A stretch of 64,000 nt of DNA from Waterburya sp. (lineage in GTDB: Bacteria; Cyanobacteriota; Cyanobacteriia; Cyanobacteriales; Xenococcaceae): NCBI GenBank assembly GCA_965217895.1, contig CBDCJV010000002.1:3392001-3456000 (forward strand), given 5' to 3'. The notes under the pieces are model-generated. The model was given only the letters and a program-made list of their open reading frames with translations. It did not search any database and had not been told where the DNA came from. Position numbers and translations under genes: made by a program. Shown here piece after piece: positions 10,510 to 19,805 of this stretch; the first letter of the stretch is position 1, and each line of letters opens with the position of its first letter.

Positions 10510-10586
10510 CTAATTTAGCCATATAAATTACCTCTCTATTGTGGTTTTTATTAGTTGGTATTAGAAAGATAGAGCTATTAGTTAAT

Positions 10587-10622
10587 AAGATAAGGTTTGA
10601 TTTATAAATCAAACCTTATCTT
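10587..10622. repeat. Perfect 36-bp palindrome (possible terminator or processing site)
   Basis: AAGATAAGGTTTGATTTA|TAAATCAAACCTTATCTT. Confidence 0.75.
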
Positions 10623-10702
10623 TTTGTAGTTCAGCTACAGCAAAATTTTTGTAAAGTAAGTTGAAGCCTTTATATTTAGTTAACTTTTTTTCCCTGGTCA
10701 TT

Positions 10703-11245
10703 TTAGTTAGAAAATTTCATTTCTGCTTGTTGAAATACAGTCGGTGTATAAACTCCAACATCCAAAGTAAATACGTCGTTCATTACTATAACGTAACCTT
10801 TGCAGAGATAAGCAATAGCCGTTGCTAAAGCGACAAACAAAGGAGGTTCCCACTTACTCCTACCTGCATTACTAGTAACACCATAGACGTAACCTATTGA
10901 TTTCCATTTTTGTACTAAGGTTTGGATAGTAACAGAATCTAAGTTACGACCAAAATCCTCAAGCATATCAAGTTCACCAACATAATTTGGTTCGTTTCTA
11001 CGAATATTCATTCCCAGAGTATTAGGAATGCCCGAAGACAAGTAGTAATAATCGTGATTTTCATTATTGAGAAGAGATATCTTCTCGTTTTCTGCCACTA
11101 TTTCATCGCTGCCTAGCTTACACAAAGATACTTTTCCTAGTCTTTGTGCATCTTCTAGAATTAACAATTCTAAAAACTTATTTTTTAGTTCGCCCCAATA
11201 AAAATATTCTGGGCTGGTAGGAAAAATGTAAAGGTCAATACTCAT
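10703..11245 (-). CDS. Hypothetical protein, putative cognate immunity protein
   Basis: 180 aa, starts 8 bp after the stop of the toxin-like gene, no recognisable enzyme motif. Confidence 0.6.
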   Translation of the reverse strand: MSIDLYIFPTSPEYFYWGELKNKFLELLILEDAQRLGKVSLCKLGSDEIVAENEKISLLNNENHDYYYLSSGIPNTLGMNIRRNEPNYVGELDMLEDFGRNLDSVTIQTLVQKWKSIGYVYGVTSNAGRSKWEPPLFVALATAIAYLCKGYVIVMNDVFTLDVGVYTPTVFQQAEMKFSN

Positions 11246-11253
11246 AGTTCTAA

Positions 11254-14200
11254 TTATCTTATAGAAGTACCTGTTGAATCTACTACGACCGTTCCGTCCG
11301 CAGTATCAAAATATATTTTTTCAAATATACCCTCTAAAGGAATATTTTTAATCGGTCCATTGTCAACAAAATTCTTGATTTCTTCTGCACCAAATTGTTT
11401 AACCTCAATTCGGAGCAAGGTGGGATCTGTTATTCCAGCCCTTTGAATTTGAATCCCATTATCATTTATGATCTGTATTAAGTTAGTCTTTCTACCGACA
11501 TTGCTAGCATTCTTCAGCGAGAAAGGTTTTTCTCGTATCTCACCAGATGGTATAAAATAACCTTCAATTCCTTGAGAATTCCCACCTAGAAATCTAACAG
11601 TTCCTCCTCCTTCTAATTCACCTAAACGAACAGCTTGAGGTATTTCTGCTTCAAAATCTGCGTCACCTTCAACAATAACTTTGTTTGCTAAAACATAAGT
11701 TCCTTGAATAGTTGTCTCTCCACCAATGAAAAGTCCACCATTGAGAAGATTTCCAAGAATTTCATCTCTTTGGGGAAAGCTTGTATTATTAGGAATATTG
11801 AGAGCAGATTTTGTAGGAGTAACAAATATATTGCCTCCATCAGTATTCAAAATGTCGTTAATTTGTTTTCCATTAGGAAAACTTTCAACTATTATGCGAG
11901 CTTCTTTCTGTCCAGGGAATGGAGGAGGATTAAAATCGATATCTCCTTTGGTAATAGAAAAATTCTCAAACGTACCGCCATCTTGAAAAGCGTTATATAT
12001 AATACCAGGAAGCGATCTTTCTTTAATTAGAAAAACAGCACCTGTAAAAACTGTATATACTATAGCTCCTCCCACACCAATTATATCAACACCTCCCTCT
12101 GAATTTCTTTGAGCAATTTGGATTCCACCATTTTCACGTGGAGTTAATTCAAAATTAAGTTTTCCAAACTCATTTTGAGCAAACGCGAAACCTTTTGATT
12201 CTGGAGTAATGACCGTTTTAAATTTAAGTTGATTTTCTGATTGAAAAATCGGGTGTGTAATTCTTTTTATTGCGTCAGTTTGACCAAACTCTAAATAGTG
12301 TTGAAGTGGATTTTTGCTAGGGTCGGTTAGTGCTGCAAGCCTCACATCTTCGTAGATTTTGAAATAAAATTCTGTATCAAACAAAGCATTGGGGTCACGG
12401 TTAGGGTTTGTACCTCCAGGATTATTAGGAAGACTTTCTCTCCAGCCATATCTTATATAATGTTCTAGAGGATTTATTCCAGTTTTTACTACATCTGGAT
12501 TGTTAGCTCTGTAGTAAGAAGAATCAAACAAAGCATTTGGATCTCTAATGTCAAAGTCTTCAGAATATCCTTTAAAAATGTAATGCTCTAGAGGATTCAT
12601 TCCAGCTTTTACTACATCAGGATTTTTGGCGTTATAGTAAGAGGTGTCAAACAGAGCGTTTGGATCTCTATTGAGGCTATTTTCGGCAAAACCATATCTT
12701 ATATAGTGTTCTAAAGGATTCATCCCAGACCTTACTACATCAAGATTTTTGGCGTTGTAGTAAGAAGTATCAAACAGAGCGTTTGGATCTCGATTGAGAT
12801 TATTTTCCTTGTATCCTGTAGTCAAGAAATGTACTAGGGGATTGATGCTGTATTTGACTACATCGGGATTTTTCTCGTTGTAGTAAGAGGTGTCGAATAA
12901 AGGATGTGGATCTCGATTGAGATTATTTTCCTTGTATCCTGTAGTCGAGAAATGTACTAGGGGGTTGATGCTGTATTTGACTACATCGGGATTTTTCTCG
13001 TTGTAGTAAGAGGTGTCGAATAAAGGATGTGGATCTCTGTTGAGATTATTTTCCTTGTATCCTGTAGTCGAGAAATGTACTAGGGGATTGATGCTGTATT
13101 TGACTACATCGGGATTTTTCTCGTTGTAGTAAGAGGTGTCGAATAAAGGATGGGGATCTCGATTGAGATTATTTTCCTTGTATCCTGTAGTCAAGAAATG
13201 TACTAGGGGATTGATGCTGTATTTGACTACATCGGGATTTTTCTCGTTGTAGTAAGAGGTGTCGAATAAAGGATGTGGATCTCTGTTGAGATTATTTTCC
13301 TTGTATCCTGTAGTCGAGAAATGTACTAGGGGGTTGATGCTGTATTTGACTACATCGGGATTTTTCTCGTTGTAGTAAGAGGTGTCGAATAAAGGATGTG
13401 GATCTCTGTTGAGATTATTTTCCTTGTATCCTGTAGTCGAGAAATGTACTAGGGGGTTGATGCTGTATTTGACTACATCGGGATTTTTCTCGTTGTAGTA
13501 AGAGGTGTCGAATAAAGGATGGGGATCTCGATTGAGATTATTTTCCTTGTATCCTGTAGTCGAGAAATGTACCATAGGCTCTACTCCTTGTGCTACTACA
13601 TCAGGATTGTTTTGATTGTAATAAGAGGTGTCAAATAAAGGGTTAGGATCTTTCCCAGCAGCATAGCCATTCTCGAAATAGTCAGTAAATGGATTCATTC
13701 CCTTAGGAATTGCGCCTTGTGCTAAATAGTAGTTGGAATCAAATAATTCATCTCCTGAAAAAGCATATTCTAAGGCTCGATAATCACTAGCATTGAAATT
13801 TTTGTAGAAGTCTGCATCATCTGCCTGAGTAAATGAAAACTTAGCACCATTTAAAAACTTATAGTCGAATAAATGAGAGTTTATTTTAAACAAGTTAGCG
13901 TTAAAGTTGACAGATTTAGGTAAATAGTCAAATGTTACTGAGGTAGATGTAAATGTTACTGCCTTTGCATCAAAAGATAGCATTGAATTAAAATCGACTT
14001 TTTCAATTGCAGACGTATAAGTTCCTGGTTTATAAAACTCAAATTTTAATGAATTATTAGAAGTAAATGAACTGAAATCAAATTTTCCAGTTTCAAAACC
14101 AAAAGTTATTGAATTTTCGTTGGGAGTTATTGAACTAAATTCAAAATTATGATGATTAAAAGTTAAAGAATCAGTACTGAAATCAAATGCTAAACTATTT

Positions 14201-14670
14201 AACCTTGGTTTATCAAATTTATAAGGATTTGCATTGTTAAGTAGAGCTAAGTTGGTATTGTTAGGCTTTAGTGAAAATGCTTCATTTCCAATATTTTTCA
14301 AAGGTAAACCTTTGGTTATATCTGTATAAATTGGTGTATAACTATATCTTGGAACATCAAAACCTTTTAAAGCAAGATAGTTAACGGCATCTAAAGGAGT
14401 AAAGGGAATATTACCAACAAGAATGCTGCTATAGTCATTTTTAATTTCTGTATTAAAAATTGACTCCGCCTCAATTTTTCCAATTGCATACTCTAAATCC
14501 CAATCACCACCAAGCGTTTCGCTGCCAGTTGTATCAGTAGAGGCTAAGATATCTGCTTGAGTATACTCACTCAAGTCCTTGACAAATTCTGCACCTGCAA
14601 GATCCTTAGCGACTTCACAACCGTAAAGAATAATGTCACCATCTGCTTCTATAGAATTCCCCCAACCCAT
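11254..14670 (-). CDS. Large repeat protein: C-terminal half of DUF4347, about 12 FD-x-YY-NPDV-NPL-H repeats, hydrophobic segment and putative nuclease-like toxin tip
   Basis: DIILYGC..ADILAS..TG..LGGDWDLE (DUF4347); 41-aa repeats; C-terminal E..A..L/GIEG..SLK. Confidence 0.75.
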   Translation of the reverse strand: MGWGNSIEADGDIILYGCEVAKDLAGAEFVKDLSEYTQADILASTDTTGSETLGGDWDLEYAIGKIEAESIFNTEIKNDYSSILVGNIPFTPLDAVNYLALKGFDVPRYSYTPIYTDITKGLPLKNIGNEAFSLKPNNTNLALLNNANPYKFDKPRLNSLAFDFSTDSLTFNHHNFEFSSITPNENSITFGFETGKFDFSSFTSNNSLKFEFYKPGTYTSAIEKVDFNSMLSFDAKAVTFTSTSVTFDYLPKSVNFNANLFKINSHLFDYKFLNGAKFSFTQADDADFYKNFNASDYRALEYAFSGDELFDSNYYLAQGAIPKGMNPFTDYFENGYAAGKDPNPLFDTSYYNQNNPDVVAQGVEPMVHFSTTGYKENNLNRDPHPLFDTSYYNEKNPDVVKYSINPLVHFSTTGYKENNLNRDPHPLFDTSYYNEKNPDVVKYSINPLVHFSTTGYKENNLNRDPHPLFDTSYYNEKNPDVVKYSINPLVHFLTTGYKENNLNRDPHPLFDTSYYNEKNPDVVKYSINPLVHFSTTGYKENNLNRDPHPLFDTSYYNEKNPDVVKYSINPLVHFSTTGYKENNLNRDPHPLFDTSYYNEKNPDVVKYSINPLVHFLTTGYKENNLNRDPNALFDTSYYNAKNLDVVRSGMNPLEHYIRYGFAENSLNRDPNALFDTSYYNAKNPDVVKAGMNPLEHYIFKGYSEDFDIRDPNALFDSSYYRANNPDVVKTGINPLEHYIRYGWRESLPNNPGGTNPNRDPNALFDTEFYFKIYEDVRLAALTDPSKNPLQHYLEFGQTDAIKRITHPIFQSENQLKFKTVITPESKGFAFAQNEFGKLNFELTPRENGGIQIAQRNSEGGVDIIGVGGAIVYTVFTGAVFLIKERSLPGIIYNAFQDGGTFENFSITKGDIDFNPPPFPGQKEARIIVESFPNGKQINDILNTDGGNIFVTPTKSALNIPNNTSFPQRDEILGNLLNGGLFIGGETTIQGTYVLANKVIVEGDADFEAEIPQAVRLGELEGGGTVRFLGGNSQGIEGYFIPSGEIREKPFSLKNASNVGRKTNLIQIINDNGIQIQRAGITDPTLLRIEVKQFGAEEIKNFVDNGPIKNIPLEGIFEKIYFDTADGTVVVDSTGTSIR
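12790..13527 (-). repeat. Six near-identical 123-bp tandem units within a roughly 12-unit coding array (about 12280-13750)
   Basis: DPHPLFDTSYYNEKNPDVVKYSINPLVHF(S/L)TTGYKENNLNR x6; 123-bp period seen in the DNA. Confidence 0.95.
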
Positions 14671-15050
14671 TAGTATGTCTGAATACTGTGAGGTAATGTA
14701 TCCTGATTTAATTTGGTATTACCCAGAAATAGTTGACCTGCACTGCCATGAGAAACAATATGAACTGCATTTAAATCATCATATTGACTGAGGTAATTTG
14801 TTATTTGAAATATTCCATCTCGCTGAGAATCTAGAACTACAACATCGGTAGGTTGAGATAAATTATCGATTAAGCTTTGATAATCTTCTACGGCTGAATC
14901 AATAAATAAAACTTGACTGTCTTGAGTTGAACTTTGAATATTATCTACCGATAAATCAGTATCTAATCCATAATTTTGAGTTTGTAAAGAAGTAGAAGAT
15001 GCTGATATTTTTTGCTCCAGTAAATTTGACTCGATGTTGATGGTTTCCAT
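14670..15050 (-). CDS. N-terminal half of DUF4347 (frameshifted fragment of the downstream gene)
   Basis: VLFIDSAVEDYQSL..DGIFQI..HIVSHGSAGQLFLG; removing a CA duplication at about 14687-14690 restores TLPQYSDILMGW in frame. Confidence 0.85.
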   Translation of the reverse strand: METINIESNLLEQKISASSTSLQTQNYGLDTDLSVDNIQSSTQDSQVLFIDSAVEDYQSLIDNLSQPTDVVVLDSQRDGIFQITNYLSQYDDLNAVHIVSHGSAGQLFLGNTKLNQDTLPHSIQTY

Positions 15051-15320
15051 GATAATTTGATGTAGTTATAAAAAAAGTCGATTTAAAATAACTAAAAAAA
15101 TATCTTTTATTGCCTTAGAGGTAAAAAAACACTTTTGAATAGCTACATTTTCTTTTATACTTTACGAGAGCTTTTATATGACTAGATCACAATCCCGAAG
15201 GAAAATAATCTAGATCACCGAATTATTTTCCTTTGTAGGCATTACCTTTGAAAACCTTAGAAAATTACTAAATTAACCAGAATATTTGGTGGATTTCTGT
15301 AAAAATAGCGATTAGACTCT

Positions 15321-18014
15321 TTGTTTAATCTGTTGATGTTTTCTAAAACGCGGTTTAATCTTTCTCGTTTGGCAATTGAATATTCTCGTTTAACTATCTG
15401 CTTTTGGTTAGCGATCGCCGTAGCTGGTATATTTGCCTTTAGTTCTTTAAAATACTCTCTTTTTCCTGCGGTAAACTTCCCTGTGGTGGTAATTCGCGCC
15501 CAAGCCGATACAACAACGGTTTTAGATACGGAAGCTAAAATTACTAAACCCTTGGAAACAGCTTTGGCTAATATTCCAGGATTGGCACAGCTATTTTCTT
15601 CTACTTATTCAGGACAAACGATAGTTAATCTTTTACTAGATACTGATATCGATATTGAAGACGCTACGGCTAATATAAAAACCAGTCTCAAACAATTATC
15701 TTTACCTACGACTGATTTAGAGGTAATTCCTTTTAACTTAAACGAAACTAGCGCGATTAGTTATGTTATTACTAGTCAAAAAAGCACTCTTGAAGAATTA
15801 AATGATCTTGCCTCTACCAAAATTGCGCCGATTATAGAAAAATTACCAGGAGTACAGCGAGTAGATATTTTAGGTAATCCTAATAGTAGCGTAGATTCAG
15901 ATATTCCTACAGCTAACAGCAATACTCTAGTTCACTTTAATGGGGACAAGGCGATCGCTTTTCAGGTAATTAAACAAGGTGATGCTAACACCCTCGAAGT
16001 AGTCAGACAGGTAAAAGAAAAAGTCGCTCAACTCCAGCAAAGCCTGCCAACTATTAAGTTTATTTTAGCCGAAACCCCCGCAGGATACATACGTGACAGC
16101 ACCAACGCCACTATTCAAGCCTTGTTTGGCGCAGTAGCACTGGCAATTTTAGTAATTTTTCCCTTCTTACGTAATCTTAGGGCAACTTTGGTCACGGCGA
16201 TCGCTATTCCCATCTCTTTACTAGGGACATTTATTGTCATGGCTGGGCTGGGGTTTAATTTAGAAACCCTAACCTTACTAGCTTTGGCACTAGCTATCGG
16301 CATTATTGTCGATGATGCCATTGTTGAGGTAGAAAACATCATGCGTCATTTAGAAGAGGGTAAAAGTCCTCGCGAGGCTGCCTTATCTGCTACTCGCGAG
16401 ATTGGTTTGACAGCATCTATTTCGACTCTAACTATCGTGGCGGTATTTTTGCCGATTGGCTTAATGGGCGGTACATTAGGACAGTTTTTTCGTCCCTTTG
16501 GCATCACTATTTCGGCTGCGGTTTTGACTTCTCTGCTGGCTGCACGTACCTTAGTTCCTGTATTAGCTATATATTGGTTTAAAAATATAACCAGAGATAG
16601 TAATAATAAACAAGAAACACAAGGCTTTGTTGCCAATAAGTATCGTCAGGTATTGCAATGGGCATTAAATCATCGTCGTGCCGTAATCGGTATCGCGATC
16701 GCCAGTTTTATTACCGGAATTGCTCTGATTCCCCTTATTCCCCAAGGTTTTGTCCCTCAGTTAGATCGGGGAGAATTTAAAATCACTTACACAACTCCCT
16801 TACCAAAACTAACTAGTCGTGCAGATGTAAAGGCTAATAATAGTTCTCCTGAAAAACCTCAATCTAAACAGTTTGACTGGCTGAGAAATATTGCGCGATC
16901 GCCCGAACGTATTTTATTAAATAGAACTATTACAGTAGGGCAAGAAATAGAAACTGTCGTTTTAAATTATCCTGATGTAGCCTCTGTTTACACTATTGCT
17001 GGAGTGCAGGGTGAATTTAATAAGGGCAAACTTTATATTAAGCTTAAAGACAATCGCCGTCTAACTACTAGCCAGGTACAGACAGAGATACGTCAGAAGC
17101 TGCCCAACATTCCCCAGGTAATTATCAGCGTTGAAGATATACCCTTTGTGGAAACAGGAGAAGATCCTTCCTTTAAAGTGGCATTAGCAGGAGAAAATAT
17201 AGAGCAGTTAAGAACCAGCGCGATCGCTTTTCAGCAGAAAATTCAAAACTTATCAGGGTTTGAAGATGTGCGTATTGATGGAGTCGAGCGACCTTTAGAT
17301 AAATTGATTCATCTTGACGGTAAACGGGTGGCTTACATCAACGCCAATCTCACGGCAGATCGAGGAATAGGTGATGCTACCAAAAAGGCGCAGGCGATCG
17401 CCAAGCAGATTTTACCCCCTGGAATTACCTTCGATCTAGAAGGAGACTCAGCGCGATCGCAAAAGATCCTAGGAGAATTTGCCATAACTCTCACTCTGGC
17501 GGTAATTTGTATGCTGGTGGTTTTATACTTGCCCTTTCGTCGTTGGCTTGAACCCTTGGTAATTGGTTTATCTTTGCCCTTATCAATCGTCGGGGCAATG
17601 TTAGCTCTACTCGTTACTCAAAGCGATTTTGGCATGATTTCTCTAATTGGTCTAATTTTTCTATTGGGCTTATTAGATAAAAACGCCATTCTGCTTTTAG
17701 ACTATGCCAACCAACTACGTAACTCTGGCATGAGTCGCACCGAAGCCATTCTACAAACTGGAGTTGTACGACTTCGCCCCATTGTCATGACTACCTTTTC
17801 TACCATACTAGGAATGTTACCGATCGCTTTAGGATGGGGTGCAGGTTCAGAATTACGTCAACCGATGGCAGTGGCTATCATTGGCGGGTTAATAACTTCA
17901 TCTTTGCTCAGTCTAATTGTGGTGCCTGTGATCTATACATTGCTCGAAGATTGGGGTTTAAGCCGTCAAGCATTTAATTTATCTGTTGAGGTTAATCGGC
18001 AAGTAGGAAGGTAG
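15321..18014 (+). CDS. RND (AcrB/AcrD/AcrF) efflux transporter permease
   Basis: GIIVDDAIVEVENI, KNAILLLD and RLRPIVMTT motifs; start position uncertain. Confidence 0.92.
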   Translation: MFNLLMFSKTRFNLSRLAIEYSRLTICFWLAIAVAGIFAFSSLKYSLFPAVNFPVVVIRAQADTTTVLDTEAKITKPLETALANIPGLAQLFSSTYSGQTIVNLLLDTDIDIEDATANIKTSLKQLSLPTTDLEVIPFNLNETSAISYVITSQKSTLEELNDLASTKIAPIIEKLPGVQRVDILGNPNSSVDSDIPTANSNTLVHFNGDKAIAFQVIKQGDANTLEVVRQVKEKVAQLQQSLPTIKFILAETPAGYIRDSTNATIQALFGAVALAILVIFPFLRNLRATLVTAIAIPISLLGTFIVMAGLGFNLETLTLLALALAIGIIVDDAIVEVENIMRHLEEGKSPREAALSATREIGLTASISTLTIVAVFLPIGLMGGTLGQFFRPFGITISAAVLTSLLAARTLVPVLAIYWFKNITRDSNNKQETQGFVANKYRQVLQWALNHRRAVIGIAIASFITGIALIPLIPQGFVPQLDRGEFKITYTTPLPKLTSRADVKANNSSPEKPQSKQFDWLRNIARSPERILLNRTITVGQEIETVVLNYPDVASVYTIAGVQGEFNKGKLYIKLKDNRRLTTSQVQTEIRQKLPNIPQVIISVEDIPFVETGEDPSFKVALAGENIEQLRTSAIAFQQKIQNLSGFEDVRIDGVERPLDKLIHLDGKRVAYINANLTADRGIGDATKKAQAIAKQILPPGITFDLEGDSARSQKILGEFAITLTLAVICMLVVLYLPFRRWLEPLVIGLSLPLSIVGAMLALLVTQSDFGMISLIGLIFLLGLLDKNAILLLDYANQLRNSGMSRTEAILQTGVVRLRPIVMTTFSTILGMLPIALGWGAGSELRQPMAVAIIGGLITSSLLSLIVVPVIYTLLEDWGLSRQAFNLSVEVNRQVGR

Positions 18015-18042
18015 AGGAAGAGAGTTTAACATTTTATTTTCT

Positions 18043-18171
18043 GGCGTTGCTGAATTAGGGTATGATTTTTAAAAACTAATATTTGGTATTAAATTATTAA
18101 ATTTAAAAAGCTAATAGCTGATAGCTGATAGCTAAAAGCTACGAACCGAAACATTTTGAATCATCAACGCC
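18043..18171. mobile_element. MITE with GGCGTTGCTGAAT-type terminal inverted repeats
   Basis: GGCGTTGCTGAAT ... AATCATCAACGCC with internal AGCTAAT/AGCTGAT heptamers; second family member at 44419. Confidence 0.65.
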
Positions 18172-18176
18172 CAAAA

Positions 18177-18665
18177 ATGAATAAAGAAGATTTAATCAAA
18201 CATCTATCTTTAGTTGAACATATTGAGGGTGGTTATTTCTCGGAAACTTATCGCTCAGAAATAAGTATAACAACCTCAAGAATAGACAGCGATCGCAGTA
18301 TACTCACCTCTATCTACTATCTGCTTACCGACGATCGTCCTATAGATTATTTTCACCAGAATCAGTCGGATATTCTACATTATTTTCAAGCAGGTTCGCC
18401 CATTACCTATCTAATTCTTAGTCCATCTGGGGAATTAAATAAAGTTAAGCTTGGACTCAATTTTGCCCAGGGAGAAGTAGCGCAGCTATTAGTACCAGGA
18501 AATCATTGGAAAGCTGCCGTACTAGAAGCAGGAGAATTTGGTCTATTGGGTGAATCTGTAGCTCCAGGCTTTGATTATCGCGATATGGAATTAGGAAAAG
18601 CAGACTACTTTCGAGATGCTTTTCCTGATTTATGGTCAGAATTAGCTATTTATGTCAAGAATTAA
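18177..18665 (+). CDS. Cupin_5 (DUF985) family protein
   Basis: HIEGGYFSETY, TSIYYLL and VAPGFDYRD; ATG at 18177 preferred because the upstream TTG lies inside the MITE. Confidence 0.88.
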   Translation: MNKEDLIKHLSLVEHIEGGYFSETYRSEISITTSRIDSDRSILTSIYYLLTDDRPIDYFHQNQSDILHYFQAGSPITYLILSPSGELNKVKLGLNFAQGEVAQLLVPGNHWKAAVLEAGEFGLLGESVAPGFDYRDMELGKADYFRDAFPDLWSELAIYVKN

Positions 18666-18713
18666 AGGTAGAGAGAATAGCTGATTTACTTTTTATCCTT
18701 CATCTCTTCAAAC

Positions 18714-19265
18714 TCACCTGACGGTAAAGGATTTTGCTGCAACTTCAAAACTGTCCTTAACTTTGTCCCAACGTCTTTGAGGAGTAGACAGACTAAAGGT
18801 AAATATTTTACCTCGGCTAACAGAAACGCTGGCAATATTATGTCTCTCTTCACGATCGGCTAGGTTTTCTTCATACTCTAGAAGATAGTAAGTTTTGTCT
18901 TTATTTTGACGAGATTCGGCTCTGAGAAATTCTGCTTTTTTATCAGGATCGGTATTATTAATTACTTTGAGCAGACGATATCCAACTTCTGAGGGATCGC
19001 CCAAATCTTCTAAGGTTTTGTCATCAGGAACATCATTAATAATAACGCTGAGATTTTCGGTTCTTTCCACCAAATCGCGAAATACAACATCTACGGTTTT
19101 TCGAGCAGATGTTCCTAGGTTAACGGGTATCCAACCGTTAGGATACAAAAACTCATAACCTTTACTGGTGTTGACGTAACTTTGTAACCCACTTACCCCT
19201 GTAGAACAACTTGTTACCAATAAGCTTAAAACAATTAACAAGCCAGCGAAGAAAGACTTGAACAT
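18714..19265 (-). CDS. psbP: CyanoP (PsbP-like) photosystem II lipoprotein
   Basis: Lipobox LVTSC, GYEFLYPNGW and DVVFRDL..ENLSV; likely start MFKSFF at 19265. Confidence 0.9.
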   Translation of the reverse strand: MFKSFFAGLLIVLSLLVTSCSTGVSGLQSYVNTSKGYEFLYPNGWIPVNLGTSARKTVDVVFRDLVERTENLSVIINDVPDDKTLEDLGDPSEVGYRLLKVINNTDPDKKAEFLRAESRQNKDKTYYLLEYEENLADREERHNIASVSVSRGKIFTFSLSTPQRRWDKVKDSFEVAAKSFTVR

Positions 19266-19429
19266 TTTTATTTTATTACCCCTATAAATCTTGTTTTTAA
19301 TACTATTACTTTGCATTTTTATTGTCTCATAGCATACCAAAGACACCAAAGCAAAATAAATACCCCGTGCTGCAAATATGAAAACACGAGGCAAAATCAT
19401 AATAGTTTTTTTTATTTGATGTTTAGAAA

Positions 19430-19609
19430 TTAACTGGCAGTAGATGCGAATACTGCAACTGCTATGATACCCCCCACCAGCAAAAACCCTAATACTCCGA
19501 GAATGGCATAGTTGCGTTTTTCAGCTTTATCAGGCTCGTCGGCTGTATACATTTTTGGTTCTCTAGCAAAGTTGTTTAATAATCCGCCTTCTTCTTCTGT
19601 ATATGGCAT
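19430..19609 (-). CDS. psb34: PSII assembly factor Psb34 (Ssl1498 family), 59 aa, absent from the ORF track
   Basis: Translates as MPYTEEEGGLLNNFAREPKMY...KRNYAILGVLGFLLVGGIIAVAVFASTAS. Confidence 0.88.
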   Translation of the reverse strand: MPYTEEEGGLLNNFAREPKMYTADEPDKAEKRNYAILGVLGFLLVGGIIAVAVFASTAS

Positions 19610-19805
19610 AAATTTAAAAATCCTCTTGTTTTTATTTGTAAACCTTAATAAATAGTAATCTTATTTATCCGATCGCACAATAAAAAAGCTGAGGGCGTTT
19701 TACTATTCAGTATTTTTAGATAGCGATCGCCTTCTTTCAGCTAAAAGCAAATAAGGAAAATGTTACAACGGTAGTAGTTCTTATGCTCTATTAAAATAAT
19801 TTGGC

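Noticed and set aside
12790..13527. Possible CRISPR array
   Set aside because: Contiguous 123-bp in-frame coding units with no unique spacers and no cas genes
15321..18014. Short RND permease as the toxin's secretion route
   Set aside because: It is divergently oriented, HIP1-rich unlike the toxin locus and has no adaptor gene; only adjacency links them
19266..19400. N-terminal extension of the PsbP ORF
   Set aside because: The lipoprotein signal begins at MFKSFF (19265); the upstream part looks like incidental open frame
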